From positions 1-55,778 of the forward strand of contig CAYLZE010000023.1 of the NCBI GenBank assembly GCA_964388035.1: DNA of 55,778 nt, in the 5' to 3' direction. Shown piece by piece: positions 9,549 through 19,678 of this stretch. The position numbers and the translations under genes are program-made. Within the stretch, counting starts at the first letter, position 1. Every line of letters begins with the position of its first letter. Under the pieces are notes generated by a model. That model saw nothing but the letters and a program-made list of their open reading frames with translations. It had not been told where the DNA came from and searched no databases. This stretch comes from an uncultured archaeon. GTDB taxonomy: Archaea; Asgardarchaeota; Lokiarchaeia; Sigyniarchaeales; SOKP01.

Positions 9549-10688
9549 TTATATTCCTCTTTCTTCTAAAAAGACATTAAGGGGCGTTTTTTCGGTAATA
9601 TATTCATCCCTTTTTGTTTTGAAAGGCAATGTTTCCAAAATATAACAAGCATAATTATTTTTCTCTAAGAATGGAATTAATCGTTTATCTTTTATCTTTT
9701 CGAGAGGAAATGTCACAATATTGCCATGGATTCCAATTTTTATCGGTGATATTTTGAGAGAATTCGTTAAAAAATAAGCTATTTCCTTCATGTGGTCATT
9801 TGAGGCTTCAATTTGGGCATACATTAATAATCCCTCAGGGGTGATGAATTCATGAGGTTGCTTAACGCCTTTGGCTCTGCGTTGATAACGTTGTTTCAAC
9901 TGCCAGTAATCTTTGCTGTAAATCGTACAGAAATGCATTTTCATGGAAACTTGAGGCGCCATCTTCTGGATTAGTTCAAATGCCCATTTTCGACTGTGTT
10001 CCACGGATGCAATCGAATTTTTTTCTAAATGGAAACCTCTTTTTTTTAATTCCGCACTATTGGGAAAACAATATTCAAATTCGTTTAAATTAATAAAATT
10101 TGCTCCGATATCACTGAGAAATAATATTAACTTTTCGGCTTTTTCTAGGTAATCTTGTTCCGGAATGAGAGGAATCTCTACACCCACATCCATGTTCATG
10201 CCGAGTGCTAATTTTATGTTAGACCATTGAGTAGGGGATGGATGAAAGCGAATTTCATCTAATCCCGCTTGACTAAGAAGCTTTGCTACGGATTTAGTGA
10301 AATTAATTCCATTAGTATAAAGATGAACATGAAATTTTGGACCCTTTTCTTTTTTCATGTATTGAATATATTCTAAACATTTGGGTAAATTCGCAGGTAA
10401 AAGTGGTTCTCCTCCCGTTATACTCATTCCCCTGGCATCCATCAAATTCACTTCTTGCAATAATTCTTTGGTGCCATTAATTTCCACTTCATTGGCATAC
10501 GTGATGCTTTTTCCTCGTCGTTCATTCGAAATAGGACAATACCAATAACAATGCGAGGGAGTTTGACAGATCCCATTTAAAAATAAAACGGTTTTTGTTC
10601 CGTTTAAACAATGCTTGCAGCCTGTTGGAATTCCCCTTCCCTTAAGATAAAAGGTGGATCCTTTTGATTCTATTATTTTGAATTTCAT
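9549..10688 (-). CDS. radical SAM protein (archaeal COG2108-like)
   Basis: GCKHC..GTKTVLFLNGICQTPSHCYWYCP, ITGGEPL, HLYTNG, LDEIRFHP. Confidence 0.85.
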   Translation of the reverse strand: MKFKIIESKGSTFYLKGRGIPTGCKHCLNGTKTVLFLNGICQTPSHCYWYCPISNERRGKSITYANEVEINGTKELLQEVNLMDARGMSITGGEPLLPANLPKCLEYIQYMKKEKGPKFHVHLYTNGINFTKSVAKLLSQAGLDEIRFHPSPTQWSNIKLALGMNMDVGVEIPLIPEQDYLEKAEKLILFLSDIGANFINLNEFEYCFPNSAELKKRGFHLEKNSIASVEHSRKWAFELIQKMAPQVSMKMHFCTIYSKDYWQLKQRYQRRAKGVKQPHEFITPEGLLMYAQIEASNDHMKEIAYFLTNSLKISPIKIGIHGNIVTFPLEKIKDKRLIPFLEKNNYACYILETLPFKTKRDEYITEKTPLNVFLEERGI

Positions 10689-10694
10689 GCTAGT

Positions 10695-11396
10695 CTAGAA
10701 AAACTTATTTCGTATGATAGAATTTTTACTTGCGATTTTCTTCATTACATCTTCAACGGATTCTTTAACGTCTAAACTTCTTTTTAGAAACACTCCAGTT
10801 CTACCGTGTTTTTCCCTTCTTGAAAGAACTGCAATTCTCTCATTAATAGTATCCATACTGATTTTGAGCTCTTTTGCCACCAATGCCTCATTATTTATGA
10901 TTGAATTTTCTTCATGACCTTTTATTGTGGGTTGAATGAGTACTAACCTTTTATCTACTCCTGCTATTCGAACCTCGTGTTGTAATTCATCCAAATTTAC
11001 CTTTCCCCCAAAATCATAGAATTCAAGGGATGTCTTGGTAAGTTTGGATAATGGAAGAGAAATACACTCTAATTCGTTCAAGTATATATATAATTTTATT
11101 GGATCTTTCGGAGTAGCCATGATTATTTCTCGAAAAGTTTGATTAAACCCGTTTTTATACAAAATATATTCAATTAAATAAGTGGGAACGGAGTTAATAA
11201 AAATGATGTCAATATCGCTACTCGCATTTACATCTCCTCGAGCCACGCTTCCATAGACGAAAGGATGAAGACCTTCATTATGAAATAGAGATAATAACTC
11301 TATCGCTCTTGTCCGCTTTATTCCTAAGATTTTCCAGTGTTCGTTAGAATAATAGATTGATTCTTTATGGGCTCTTAATATTCCAGATTTCGACAT
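10695..11396 (-). CDS. Pol-beta superfamily nucleotidyltransferase (COG2413-like)
   Basis: YGSVARGDVNASSDIDI, FYDFGG, GVDKRL, GRTGVF. Confidence 0.85.
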   Translation of the reverse strand: MSKSGILRAHKESIYYSNEHWKILGIKRTRAIELLSLFHNEGLHPFVYGSVARGDVNASSDIDIIFINSVPTYLIEYILYKNGFNQTFREIIMATPKDPIKLYIYLNELECISLPLSKLTKTSLEFYDFGGKVNLDELQHEVRIAGVDKRLVLIQPTIKGHEENSIINNEALVAKELKISMDTINERIAVLSRREKHGRTGVFLKRSLDVKESVEDVMKKIASKNSIIRNKFF

Positions 11397-11414
11397 TATT
11401 TTTCACTATTTTAC

Positions 11415-12200
11415 TCATTTTTTTGAGTCATTATTAATATAAAGAACGGTATCAATAATTTTGCTTAGTAGGAGGGTTTCAGCGTATTTAAAACTGCTCG
11501 TGACATTTAGCTGCGTGATATTTATTAGACTTTGATCGATACAGCATTGCTTATAGGCTTGCAAACATTTATTTTTTAAGAAAAGAAAAGAATGCAAGCT
11601 AAAAATGAAAGAAAGTTTCTTCCGAATTAATTCCTTTTGATCTGCAATTTCTTCAAATGCAAGATTTTTACCTTTAGGGTTAATTAAAATTATTTTTTGT
11701 ATCCTTTCATCTTCAAGAAATGGTTTTAATGGGAAAAGGTCCAGATTAATTAATATTAAAAACAATTTGTTTTCGTGCGTTTCATTCTGAGGATTCAGTG
11801 AACTTATAGTTAATGAAAGTGCTTCATTTATAAAATTCATGAGAGATGAGCTAAGGGTGGAGCTATTATTTATTTCATTCGGTTTATAGAGTATTAACTC
11901 GGCTTCGATTCCGAAGATTTTCAGTGCTAAGCAAAGATTTTCTGAGAATTTTAATCTTTTTTGATCGTCAATCATCATGATACATGAAACATGCTCTTTA
12001 TCCTTGTTTAGATGGAATTCTGGCGCAACGATCCTAGTAAAAGAATAACTATTTTCATCATGATTAACTTGTTGTATTTTCTTCACGATAGCGGGCGTAT
12101 CCCATCGATTTCTTCGCTTATAGATTTTTGTATACGCTAATATTAATATTAAGATGATGATAATGTACGTATCTATGATTATCCAATTGATTCTGAACAT
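11415..12200 (-). CDS. membrane-anchored hypothetical protein
   Basis: N-terminal hydrophobic helix followed by basic residues; 261 aa. Confidence 0.65.
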   Translation of the reverse strand: MFRINWIIIDTYIIIILILILAYTKIYKRRNRWDTPAIVKKIQQVNHDENSYSFTRIVAPEFHLNKDKEHVSCIMMIDDQKRLKFSENLCLALKIFGIEAELILYKPNEINNSSTLSSSLMNFINEALSLTISSLNPQNETHENKLFLILINLDLFPLKPFLEDERIQKIILINPKGKNLAFEEIADQKELIRKKLSFIFSLHSFLFLKNKCLQAYKQCCIDQSLINITQLNVTSSFKYAETLLLSKIIDTVLYINNDSKK

Positions 12201-12226
12201 TTATTTTAATAATTTTACTTTTTTTA

Positions 12227-12568
12227 TCATTTAATTGAATCGCTAATCCATTGCAAATAATTTGGATTTCCTTTTAATATGCGAAACCCAATACATTCTG
12301 GGGTTTCATAAGTATGAAGCTCTTGTATTTTGGTAACAATATTTTCAGATTTAGCTTCATTTGTTTTAATTAATAAGAGTATTTCGTTATCTTCTTCGAT
12401 CTTCCCTTTCCAACGATAAATGGAGTAAATTTGAGGGATAATATTTACACATGCGGCTAATTTTTCCATGACTAATGCCTGGGCAATTTTTTTCCCTTGC
12501 TCCATATTTGGAACTGTAACGAGGAACAAATAATAATTTTCTTCTTTTTCCATATTTTGAAAGCTCAA
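12227..12568 (-). CDS. cutA: CutA divalent-cation tolerance protein
   Basis: KLAACVNIIP, SIYRWKGKIE, ELHTYETPE. Confidence 0.95.
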   Translation of the reverse strand: MSFQNMEKEENYYLFLVTVPNMEQGKKIAQALVMEKLAACVNIIPQIYSIYRWKGKIEEDNEILLLIKTNEAKSENIVTKIQELHTYETPECIGFRILKGNPNYLQWISDSIK

Positions 12569-12955
12569 ATTTTTAATTAAGAGGAAAAATCGTTCATAAT
12601 AGAACGCATTTTTTATTTGAATTTGATTGATTCCATTGTAATATTTTAATTCTTGATTCTAAATCTTTTTTTCCCTTAATTTTTGCTTGGGTAAAATGAT
12701 AAGTATTCAATTAAGAAAAGAAGATAATTAGATCAAACACAAAAGGAGGATAGAAATTAAGATAATATCGTTTTACCCTAAGAATCTTATCTCGTACTAA
12801 TTAATTAATGACTTTATATATAATTGGTAAAATGTAAACTATAAATAATAGTGTTTTTACTTTATAATTAATTTAGTTTATCAACATAGTATCATGATAA
12901 ATGAAGATTTAAATATTTATTCGAATTTTTCAGTTAAAAGCACGGGTGATAAGAT

Positions 12956-13681
12956 TTGCTACATAATGTATATCTAATTCATCAATTAACGGGAATTTGT
13001 CTAATCCATCGAAAATACGGTAGTATCGAATTTAATCAGGATTTAGTTTCTGGATTCTTAACCGCATTAAAAGATTTCAGCGTGGAATTTTCAAAAGGAA
13101 GTGGTGAATTGAAAGTAATTGACATGCAAATATTTTATTTAATGCTGGTATTCAAGGAAGGAGTTTTAATCACTGCAGCTGCAGATAAAAATGATGATGC
13201 GAAAGTATGCCATAAAGCTTTAAGTGATATAATTGACACTTTTGTAGAGGAATATGGAGATAAGCTAAGAGATTGGTCAGGAGATATCCGAATTTTCAAG
13301 CCGTTTGAAGAAAAAATCGATAAAATTTTGGAAAGAGGTAGAATTTCAGAATTCCCCTTGAAAATTCCCATTCTTAAAATTTTCAAAAAGGATTTTGTGA
13401 AATCACGGGAAAAGTTAATGAAAAAAGGGTTAGTATTAAATGAGACTGAACTGCGCCAAGCCATAGATAAGAGACCCGAATGGACCAAAAAAAAGTTACC
13501 TTGGCAAGTAATTACCCAGGGATTTTTGGATGAAAATGAATATGAAATTGCTCATTATGCAGATGGATTCCATACTATTGCTGATATAGCGGAGGAAACG
13601 GGTATTCCAGAAAAGAAAGTTCAAAAAATAATAGATTCATTAGATAATTTAGGATTACTTAAGTTTATTGAAATCACTTGA
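12956..13681 (+). CDS. longin-domain protein with C-terminal NPRL2-like winged helix
   Basis: N-terminal VYLIH..TGICLIHRKY..DLVSGFLTAL longin pattern; C-terminal YADGFHTIADIAEETG..SLDNLGLL. Confidence 0.75.
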   Translation: MLHNVYLIHQLTGICLIHRKYGSIEFNQDLVSGFLTALKDFSVEFSKGSGELKVIDMQIFYLMLVFKEGVLITAAADKNDDAKVCHKALSDIIDTFVEEYGDKLRDWSGDIRIFKPFEEKIDKILERGRISEFPLKIPILKIFKKDFVKSREKLMKKGLVLNETELRQAIDKRPEWTKKKLPWQVITQGFLDENEYEIAHYADGFHTIADIAEETGIPEKKVQKIIDSLDNLGLLKFIEIT

Positions 13682-13853
13682 GCTTGCCTTTTTACCTGAG
13701 TGTTTTAAGTGAAAAATATCATGTAGTTATTTTTAAACCTTTTTTTTTCCCCTTGAATGAATATCTTTTCAGCATTAAATTATAATTTAAGAGATAATTT
13801 TGGTTAAAATTCTTTATAATAAAATTTTTGATTTTATCCCCATTTAAACTATC

Positions 13854-15326
13854 ATGAATGTAAATAAACTAGAAGAAAATGTTTATGAGATTCCAGCTCA
13901 GACCTTAATGGTCCGGATGCAAAATAAGATAGAGAAATTTAAAATGCTAGTTCCGGCCAAGATTTATGCAAATGAATATATCATGGAACGGATCAAGCAA
14001 GATAAAACCTTAGAACAAATTGCTAATGTAGCGTGCTTACCTGGAATTCAAAAACATGCGATTGCTCTCTCAGATGCGCATCAAGGATACGGATTTTGTA
14101 TAGGTGGAGTGGCGGGAACTGATGCTGAAACGGGGATGATATCTCCTGGAGGTGTAGGTTATGATATTAATTGTGGAGTGAGACTTCTATGTTCAAATCT
14201 ATATGAGAAAGACATCATAACAGATCTTCCCGAAATATTAGATACAATCTTCAGAAAAGTGCCTTCAGGTTTAGGTTCTGAAGGAAAAATAAAAATGAGT
14301 TATTCTGAATTAGATTCCGTTTTAAATAATGGTTTAAATTGGGCTCTTGAAAATGATTATGCAATTAAAAAAGACCTGGAACATTGTGAAGAACGGGGCT
14401 GGTTACCCAACGGTAATTCCGATTTAATTTCACAGCGGGCAAAAGAAAGAGCAATTTCACAATTAGGATCATTAGGTAGCGGAAATCATTTTTTAGAAAT
14501 TCAGAAAGTTGATGAAATATTTAATGAATCTATTGCAAAACAATTAGGAATCACGGATAAAAATCAAATTACCGTCATGATTCACACCGGGAGTAGGGCA
14601 TTAGGTCATCAGGTTTGTACTGATGCACTCCGTAATATTGAACGAGCAATGAAAAAATACCATGTGAATGTTCCTGACAGAGAACTAGCTTGTGTTCCTG
14701 CAAATACGAAAGAGGCGAAAGAATATCTGAGTCAAATGGCTGCTGCGGCTAATTTCGGCTTCTGTAATAGACAATTGATTACTCATTGGGTACGGGAAGC
14801 TTTTAGTGAAATTAAGAAAAAAGATTTGGATGATTTGGATATGCATCTAATTTATGGGGTATGCCATAATATTTTAAAGATTGAAGAACACGATGTAGAA
14901 GGGAAAACGATGAAATTAAATGTTCATCGAAAGGGTGCCACCAGGGCTTTTCCCCCACATCATCCCGTGCTTCCCAATGATTATAAGGAGATTGGACAAC
15001 CCGTTCTCATTCCAGGAACAATGGGCTCAGCATCCTATTTATGCGTGGGAAAACCCAAGGCAATGGAGTTATCTTTCGGTTCCACGGCTCACGGTTCTGG
15101 GAGAGTCATGTCCCGTTCAAAGGCTATTAAAAAATACCGCGGTTCTGAAGTGAAAAAGGCATTGAGTAGGCAAGGCATTTTAATAAAAGCCGCCTCGATG
15201 AAAGTAATTGCTGAAGAAGCACCCGGAGCTTATAAAGATATTGATCAGGTAGTAAACGTGAGCCATGATTTAGAAATCATCGAGAAAGTAGTCCGGTTAT
15301 TACCAATTGGAGTAGTTAAGGGATAA
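13854..15326 (+). CDS. rtcB: tRNA-splicing ligase RtcB
   Basis: DAHQGYGFCIGGV, GGVGYDINCGVR, GSGNHFLE, HTGSR, HRKGATRA, HGSGR, EEAPGAYK. Confidence 0.98.
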   Translation: MNVNKLEENVYEIPAQTLMVRMQNKIEKFKMLVPAKIYANEYIMERIKQDKTLEQIANVACLPGIQKHAIALSDAHQGYGFCIGGVAGTDAETGMISPGGVGYDINCGVRLLCSNLYEKDIITDLPEILDTIFRKVPSGLGSEGKIKMSYSELDSVLNNGLNWALENDYAIKKDLEHCEERGWLPNGNSDLISQRAKERAISQLGSLGSGNHFLEIQKVDEIFNESIAKQLGITDKNQITVMIHTGSRALGHQVCTDALRNIERAMKKYHVNVPDRELACVPANTKEAKEYLSQMAAAANFGFCNRQLITHWVREAFSEIKKKDLDDLDMHLIYGVCHNILKIEEHDVEGKTMKLNVHRKGATRAFPPHHPVLPNDYKEIGQPVLIPGTMGSASYLCVGKPKAMELSFGSTAHGSGRVMSRSKAIKKYRGSEVKKALSRQGILIKAASMKVIAEEAPGAYKDIDQVVNVSHDLEIIEKVVRLLPIGVVKG

Positions 15327-15349
15327 TCAATAAGAGTAGAAATATCGCG

Positions 15350-15784
15350 TTATATATCGAACACGACTCGTATTTCCCACTTGTCTTTTTTTTTCTCAAT
15401 GTTCATTAAAGAATAGGTTATTGCTTTTACTTCCGTTCCTATAGCATGCTTTTCTTTATCGAATTTTTCTCCCCTTAATAATGCTTTTAATTCATGCTTT
15501 TCATTGAATTTCATATATTCGATGTTAATATCACTAAAGATCAAACTTTCAACGTCAAAAATATATAAAAATTCAGATAAGAAATCAAAGAGTAAAGATT
15601 CTTTATCCTCGGAAGTTATGGTTATCTCCTTTTCTACTTCTGGAGAGATCTTGTCTAAATCTGGTGAAATCGTAGCCATCAAACCAAATGCTGCTTGGAT
15701 ATAAGCACCTTCTAAAGTAGGCGCCCAACATTTCACCTGTACATCAGCGGTATTATCTTCAAATAGGAATCCCTTCTCGCTCAT
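15350..15784 (-). CDS. archease (RtcB cofactor)
   Basis: DNTADV, LLFDFLSEFLY, EVKAITY, VVFDI; convergent with rtcB. Confidence 0.95.
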   Translation of the reverse strand: MSEKGFLFEDNTADVQVKCWAPTLEGAYIQAAFGLMATISPDLDKISPEVEKEITITSEDKESLLFDFLSEFLYIFDVESLIFSDINIEYMKFNEKHELKALLRGEKFDKEKHAIGTEVKAITYSLMNIEKKKDKWEIRVVFDI

Positions 15785-15906
15785 TTTCGTTCCTTTAAAA
15801 TAGGTCTTTTTCTAACTAATAATTTAATGCGTTTATTCCAATTTATATTTTCTTTTAAATTTCATATTTTTAGTAGTTTATAATCTTAGAATTAAATCAA
15901 TATACG

Positions 15907-16389
15907 ATGTATCGAACAATTGAGGAAGATTTATTTTTTATTCAAGAAATTACTATAAAAAAGAAATTTACCAATCATGAGATGCAATTACATCATTTTT
16001 TTCATTCTCTTACTAAAACATATCCAACCAATGTTATTGTTATCGAGCCGTTTATTTTCTTTTTTGTTGATATAAGTGACTTTTTTAAAGCGAAATTATT
16101 CATCAATGCTCTGAGAAAAAAGTTAAATAAAAAAATTTTGATTATCAGAGAGGAGAAAACCTTGTTAAATTTGATTTTTGAGCTCTTCCCAGATATTTAT
16201 ATTCACGATATCAAATATGATAATGACAGGACGATCTCCGTTTGTTTTATCTCTTGGGAAGAACGAGGGATAGCCATCGGATGTAATGGAGATTATATTA
16301 AATCGATTAATGAATTTTTTAAACATTTCGTTCGATTCAGTGAAAATATAGAAAGATTATGTATCAAATGTGAGTTAGTGGAGATATAA
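15907..16389 (+). CDS. divergent NusA-like KH-domain protein
   Basis: ERGIAIGCNGDYIK KH loop; LNKKILIIREE..LIFELFP resembles archaeal NusA. Confidence 0.55.
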   Translation: MYRTIEEDLFFIQEITIKKKFTNHEMQLHHFFHSLTKTYPTNVIVIEPFIFFFVDISDFFKAKLFINALRKKLNKKILIIREEKTLLNLIFELFPDIYIHDIKYDNDRTISVCFISWEERGIAIGCNGDYIKSINEFFKHFVRFSENIERLCIKCELVEI

Positions 16390-16434
16390 CATCGAGCGTG
16401 ATATTGATCATTTTAATAAGAGAGAATCATTAAT

Positions 16435-17229
16435 TTACCATGGCACGTCTTTCAAATTGAGAAAATATGCAATGGTGTTTGCAATAATGCTGACAGAGGG
16501 GGTTAAAATTATTAGAAAGAGGATGACATTCAAATCAGGTAATAGGATAGGTTGAGGAAAGAATAAATTGGGAATCAAGGCAAAAAGAATTGAAAATACC
16601 ACGAAGTCTAATTGATCAATCACCCAGAAAGGATCCCCGCTTTTAATACTAAATCTTCTTTTAAGAAAGGAACCTACCAGATCTCCAATACTAGCACCAT
16701 AGGAACAAAATATAACTCGGAGAAGGAGTCCAATGAATCCAGCAGAGCCCCCCAGGAAATAATACTGGTAATAATAAAGATTATTGTATAATAAATAAAC
16801 TCCTGATTTAATTCCTTTTAAAGGAATCTGCACAATATAAGCCCATAGCACTCGAAAAATTAGGAATAACACAATGGAAAGCGGAATTCCTATATATAAT
16901 GGTCCTTTAATGAGACCATTCCACGTTTTATGATCTCCGAGAATTCTCCCTCCATCTCTCCACATTCTTCCCCCGTCTATTGGTTTTCCCCCTCCAACAA
17001 TGACCATTCCTGCGTTTGAAATATATCCGGGAAAAATAAATAGCAAGCTGAAAATTAAGAGAGCAATCCAATCAAAAATAGAATACATTAGGGAAATATA
17101 AAGAAAATCTATGAGTAAAAAACAGGTAAAAATGATTGCTAGCAGGAATGTTAGACGTACATTTCTTTTTTTTAATTGATCATTCGTTGTCGTATTCTCA
17201 ACTTCTTTTTTTTCGGACAATCTATTCAT
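16435..17229 (-). CDS. carS: CDP-archaeol synthase
   Basis: PGYISNAGMV..GGGKPIDGG..DGGRILGDHKTWNG, GDLVGSFLKRR, DQLDF. Confidence 0.93.
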   Translation of the reverse strand: MNRLSEKKEVENTTTNDQLKKRNVRLTFLLAIIFTCFLLIDFLYISLMYSIFDWIALLIFSLLFIFPGYISNAGMVIVGGGKPIDGGRMWRDGGRILGDHKTWNGLIKGPLYIGIPLSIVLFLIFRVLWAYIVQIPLKGIKSGVYLLYNNLYYYQYYFLGGSAGFIGLLLRVIFCSYGASIGDLVGSFLKRRFSIKSGDPFWVIDQLDFVVFSILFALIPNLFFPQPILLPDLNVILFLIILTPSVSIIANTIAYFLNLKDVPW

Positions 17230-17591
17230 ATCAAGGGGACAATTTTTGTGTAAAGAGTGTTTAAAAATTTAAATACTTTAAGAAAAAGAAATATTGAGGT
17301 CATATTTTATAATTCTAATGAGTAGAATTAGAGCTAAAAATGAAACTTAGGGTTGCATTTTTGAATTAATTAAGGAGTAAATAAATTAGTCTGTAAATAA
17401 TAATCTTTTATATACCCGACAATATTATTTATTACTATTGCTGAAAAATGCACGATGTCATGAGAACTATTAAGACTTTAACAATTGCAAGCATTTACGT
17501 GTTAATAATAAGTTTTAAATAGATTGCAGTCGAAACATTTTTATGTCGTGTGGAAAAAATATAATTGCAGCCTGTCATGAGGTTATTCTAA

Positions 17592-18896
17592 GTGTTGACA
17601 AATAAAGAGAATGAGTTTGACATAGAAAATTTTTATAATCAATATCTTAAAGGTCCTAAGATTTTCCAAAGAAGAGATGCATTAGATTCTACCTACATTC
17701 CCGAGCAATTACCTCATCGGGATAAGGAAATTAAATTAATCGCACAATTAACTGCTTGTGCTCTCGTGGGAGATGTGCCATCCAGCTTTTTGTGTTATGG
17801 AATGACGGGAACTGGGAAAACCGCCACGATCAGATATGTTAGTCAAAAATTAGCCCAATATTCTCCAGAGAAAAAGCCATGGTGGATTTATATTAATTGT
17901 AATGTTGTGAGTACCCCTTACAGGATCTTGGCCCATATTTACAATACTATAGCCGGGAAAGAACGAATTCCTCCCACGGGACTTCCCAAAGATGTTATAT
18001 TTAAACAATTATTAGGGCTCCTTGATCAGAAAGTGGGGAATAATATTTGTTTTCTTGTATTAGATGAAATCGATATCCTCACTGAGAAAAACGGGGGTAA
18101 TGAAATTCTTTATGATTTGACGCGATTAAATGAGAATTTAGATTTCTGTAAAACAAGTTTAATAGGGATATCGAACAAGCTTAATTTTAAAGATAATTTG
18201 GATCCTAGAATTTTATCGAGTTTGGGAGGAGAATCACCCACTGTCTTTCAGCCGTATAATGCAAATGAATTAGCGGATATTCTTAAAGAACGAGCAATGG
18301 TGGCATTTTATCCGGAAACGTATAGTGAGGGTGTTATTCGTTTATGTGCAGCTTATGCCGCGAAGGAATGTGGGGATGCGAGAAAAGCATTACAACTATT
18401 GAAAAAGGCAGGAGATATAGCCCAACGCAAAAATAATAGAACCATATTAGAACGATATGTTGAACAGGCACATTCAGAGCTGGAAAAAGATCAAGTAGAA
18501 GAATATATCTTAGGAATGCCGCTTCAAGCAAAAATCGTATTGACCGCTACATATTTAATCACGAAATTCTGTCCAAATCACGTGATTATTTCAGGAGATA
18601 TTTATGATGTCCATTCTGAGCTCTGTAATTTCATACCCAAGGCTCGACGATTAACCGAACGAAGGATAGGAGATTATATTAACGAATTAGCATTAGCAGG
18701 ATTGATTTCCGCCAGTATTAAATCTAGGGGTTTTTATGGGAGAACAAAAATCATAACATTGGCAATAGGATTGGATATTATAGAACGAACATTATCTAAC
18801 AAAGACGAGATGGCCGAGATATTGAATTATAAACCAATTTTTCTCCAGAAAGATAAGGTAAAAATAAATAATAACGTATTTAAGAAGTTATATTAA
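17592..18896 (+). CDS. cdc6: Orc1/Cdc6 replication initiator
   Basis: YIPEQLPHRD, Walker A GMTGTGKT, Walker B LVLDEID, GDARKALQLL, C-terminal wHTH SRGFYGRT. Confidence 0.96.
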   Translation: MLTNKENEFDIENFYNQYLKGPKIFQRRDALDSTYIPEQLPHRDKEIKLIAQLTACALVGDVPSSFLCYGMTGTGKTATIRYVSQKLAQYSPEKKPWWIYINCNVVSTPYRILAHIYNTIAGKERIPPTGLPKDVIFKQLLGLLDQKVGNNICFLVLDEIDILTEKNGGNEILYDLTRLNENLDFCKTSLIGISNKLNFKDNLDPRILSSLGGESPTVFQPYNANELADILKERAMVAFYPETYSEGVIRLCAAYAAKECGDARKALQLLKKAGDIAQRKNNRTILERYVEQAHSELEKDQVEEYILGMPLQAKIVLTATYLITKFCPNHVIISGDIYDVHSELCNFIPKARRLTERRIGDYINELALAGLISASIKSRGFYGRTKIITLAIGLDIIERTLSNKDEMAEILNYKPIFLQKDKVKINNNVFKKLY

Positions 18897-19582
18897 CTCA
18901 CAAATTGCCATTCGTTTATTTTTTCGCTTATTTTCTGTAAAAAATCTAAGGCAGCTGCTTCATTTTTTTCTTTTAATAATAGAAAGAGCTTAGCAAGGTG
19001 CTTGCAAAATTTCTTATTTACAGCTCTATGTGTTTGGAAATCATAACAGTCATGTCTGAGAAGCATTTTATTCGTATCTATTTCAATTTCATAGGATTTT
19101 TCTTTTGTACCCTTAACTTCTGCTTTTAAATATCCTTTTTCTTCATCAAAATTAATTATATTAAATGAATCATTAGAGACGGAAGCTGCTCTATTAATTG
19201 TTCCTTTTTCCAAAAAAGCCTTTAGAAGTACATTAAATTCGGGTTTCTTATCTGATTTGATCTTGGAAGGAGCAAATATCTCTTCCTTATTTAATTCTAA
19301 AGCGTTCATAATTTTATTTTTCCTCATGATTTGCCATGATTCAAGCTGCTTTCTTAAATTGGCAGACAATGTTAAGGTGTCATTTTCACGAGTTAGAAAT
19401 TGCTTTTCTAGAGATTTGTTTACCAGATTTCGGGCATTTTCAGGGGATAAAAGGAAGAGTTCAAACGAAATGGCATGAATTAGATCGGGGAATGAGATCG
19501 AGGGAAGATCTATTATTTTCCATATATATAATAACAGCTCGGATGCCTCATTACGAGGGACATTCAGGTTCATCATTCTCAC
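18893..19582 (-). CDS. DUF2240-like N-terminus plus SWIM-type zinc finger protein
   Basis: ISFELFLLSPENARNLV; HDCYDF..KKFCKHL. Confidence 0.7.
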   Translation of the reverse strand: MRMMNLNVPRNEASELLLYIWKIIDLPSISFPDLIHAISFELFLLSPENARNLVNKSLEKQFLTRENDTLTLSANLRKQLESWQIMRKNKIMNALELNKEEIFAPSKIKSDKKPEFNVLLKAFLEKGTINRAASVSNDSFNIINFDEEKGYLKAEVKGTKEKSYEIEIDTNKMLLRHDCYDFQTHRAVNKKFCKHLAKLFLLLKEKNEAAALDFLQKISEKINEWQFVS

Positions 19583-19678
19583 CAGGATTGGATTAATATT
19601 GTTAAATAATCATTTTAATATCTCTTCCTAATTAAAATTCATTATTGAATAAGATTAGTTTACTATATTTTAAGAAAA

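Noticed and set aside
13890-13945. RtcB N-terminal insertion as an in-frame intron
   Set aside because: Only a small GACC/GGTC hairpin; no BHB geometry found.
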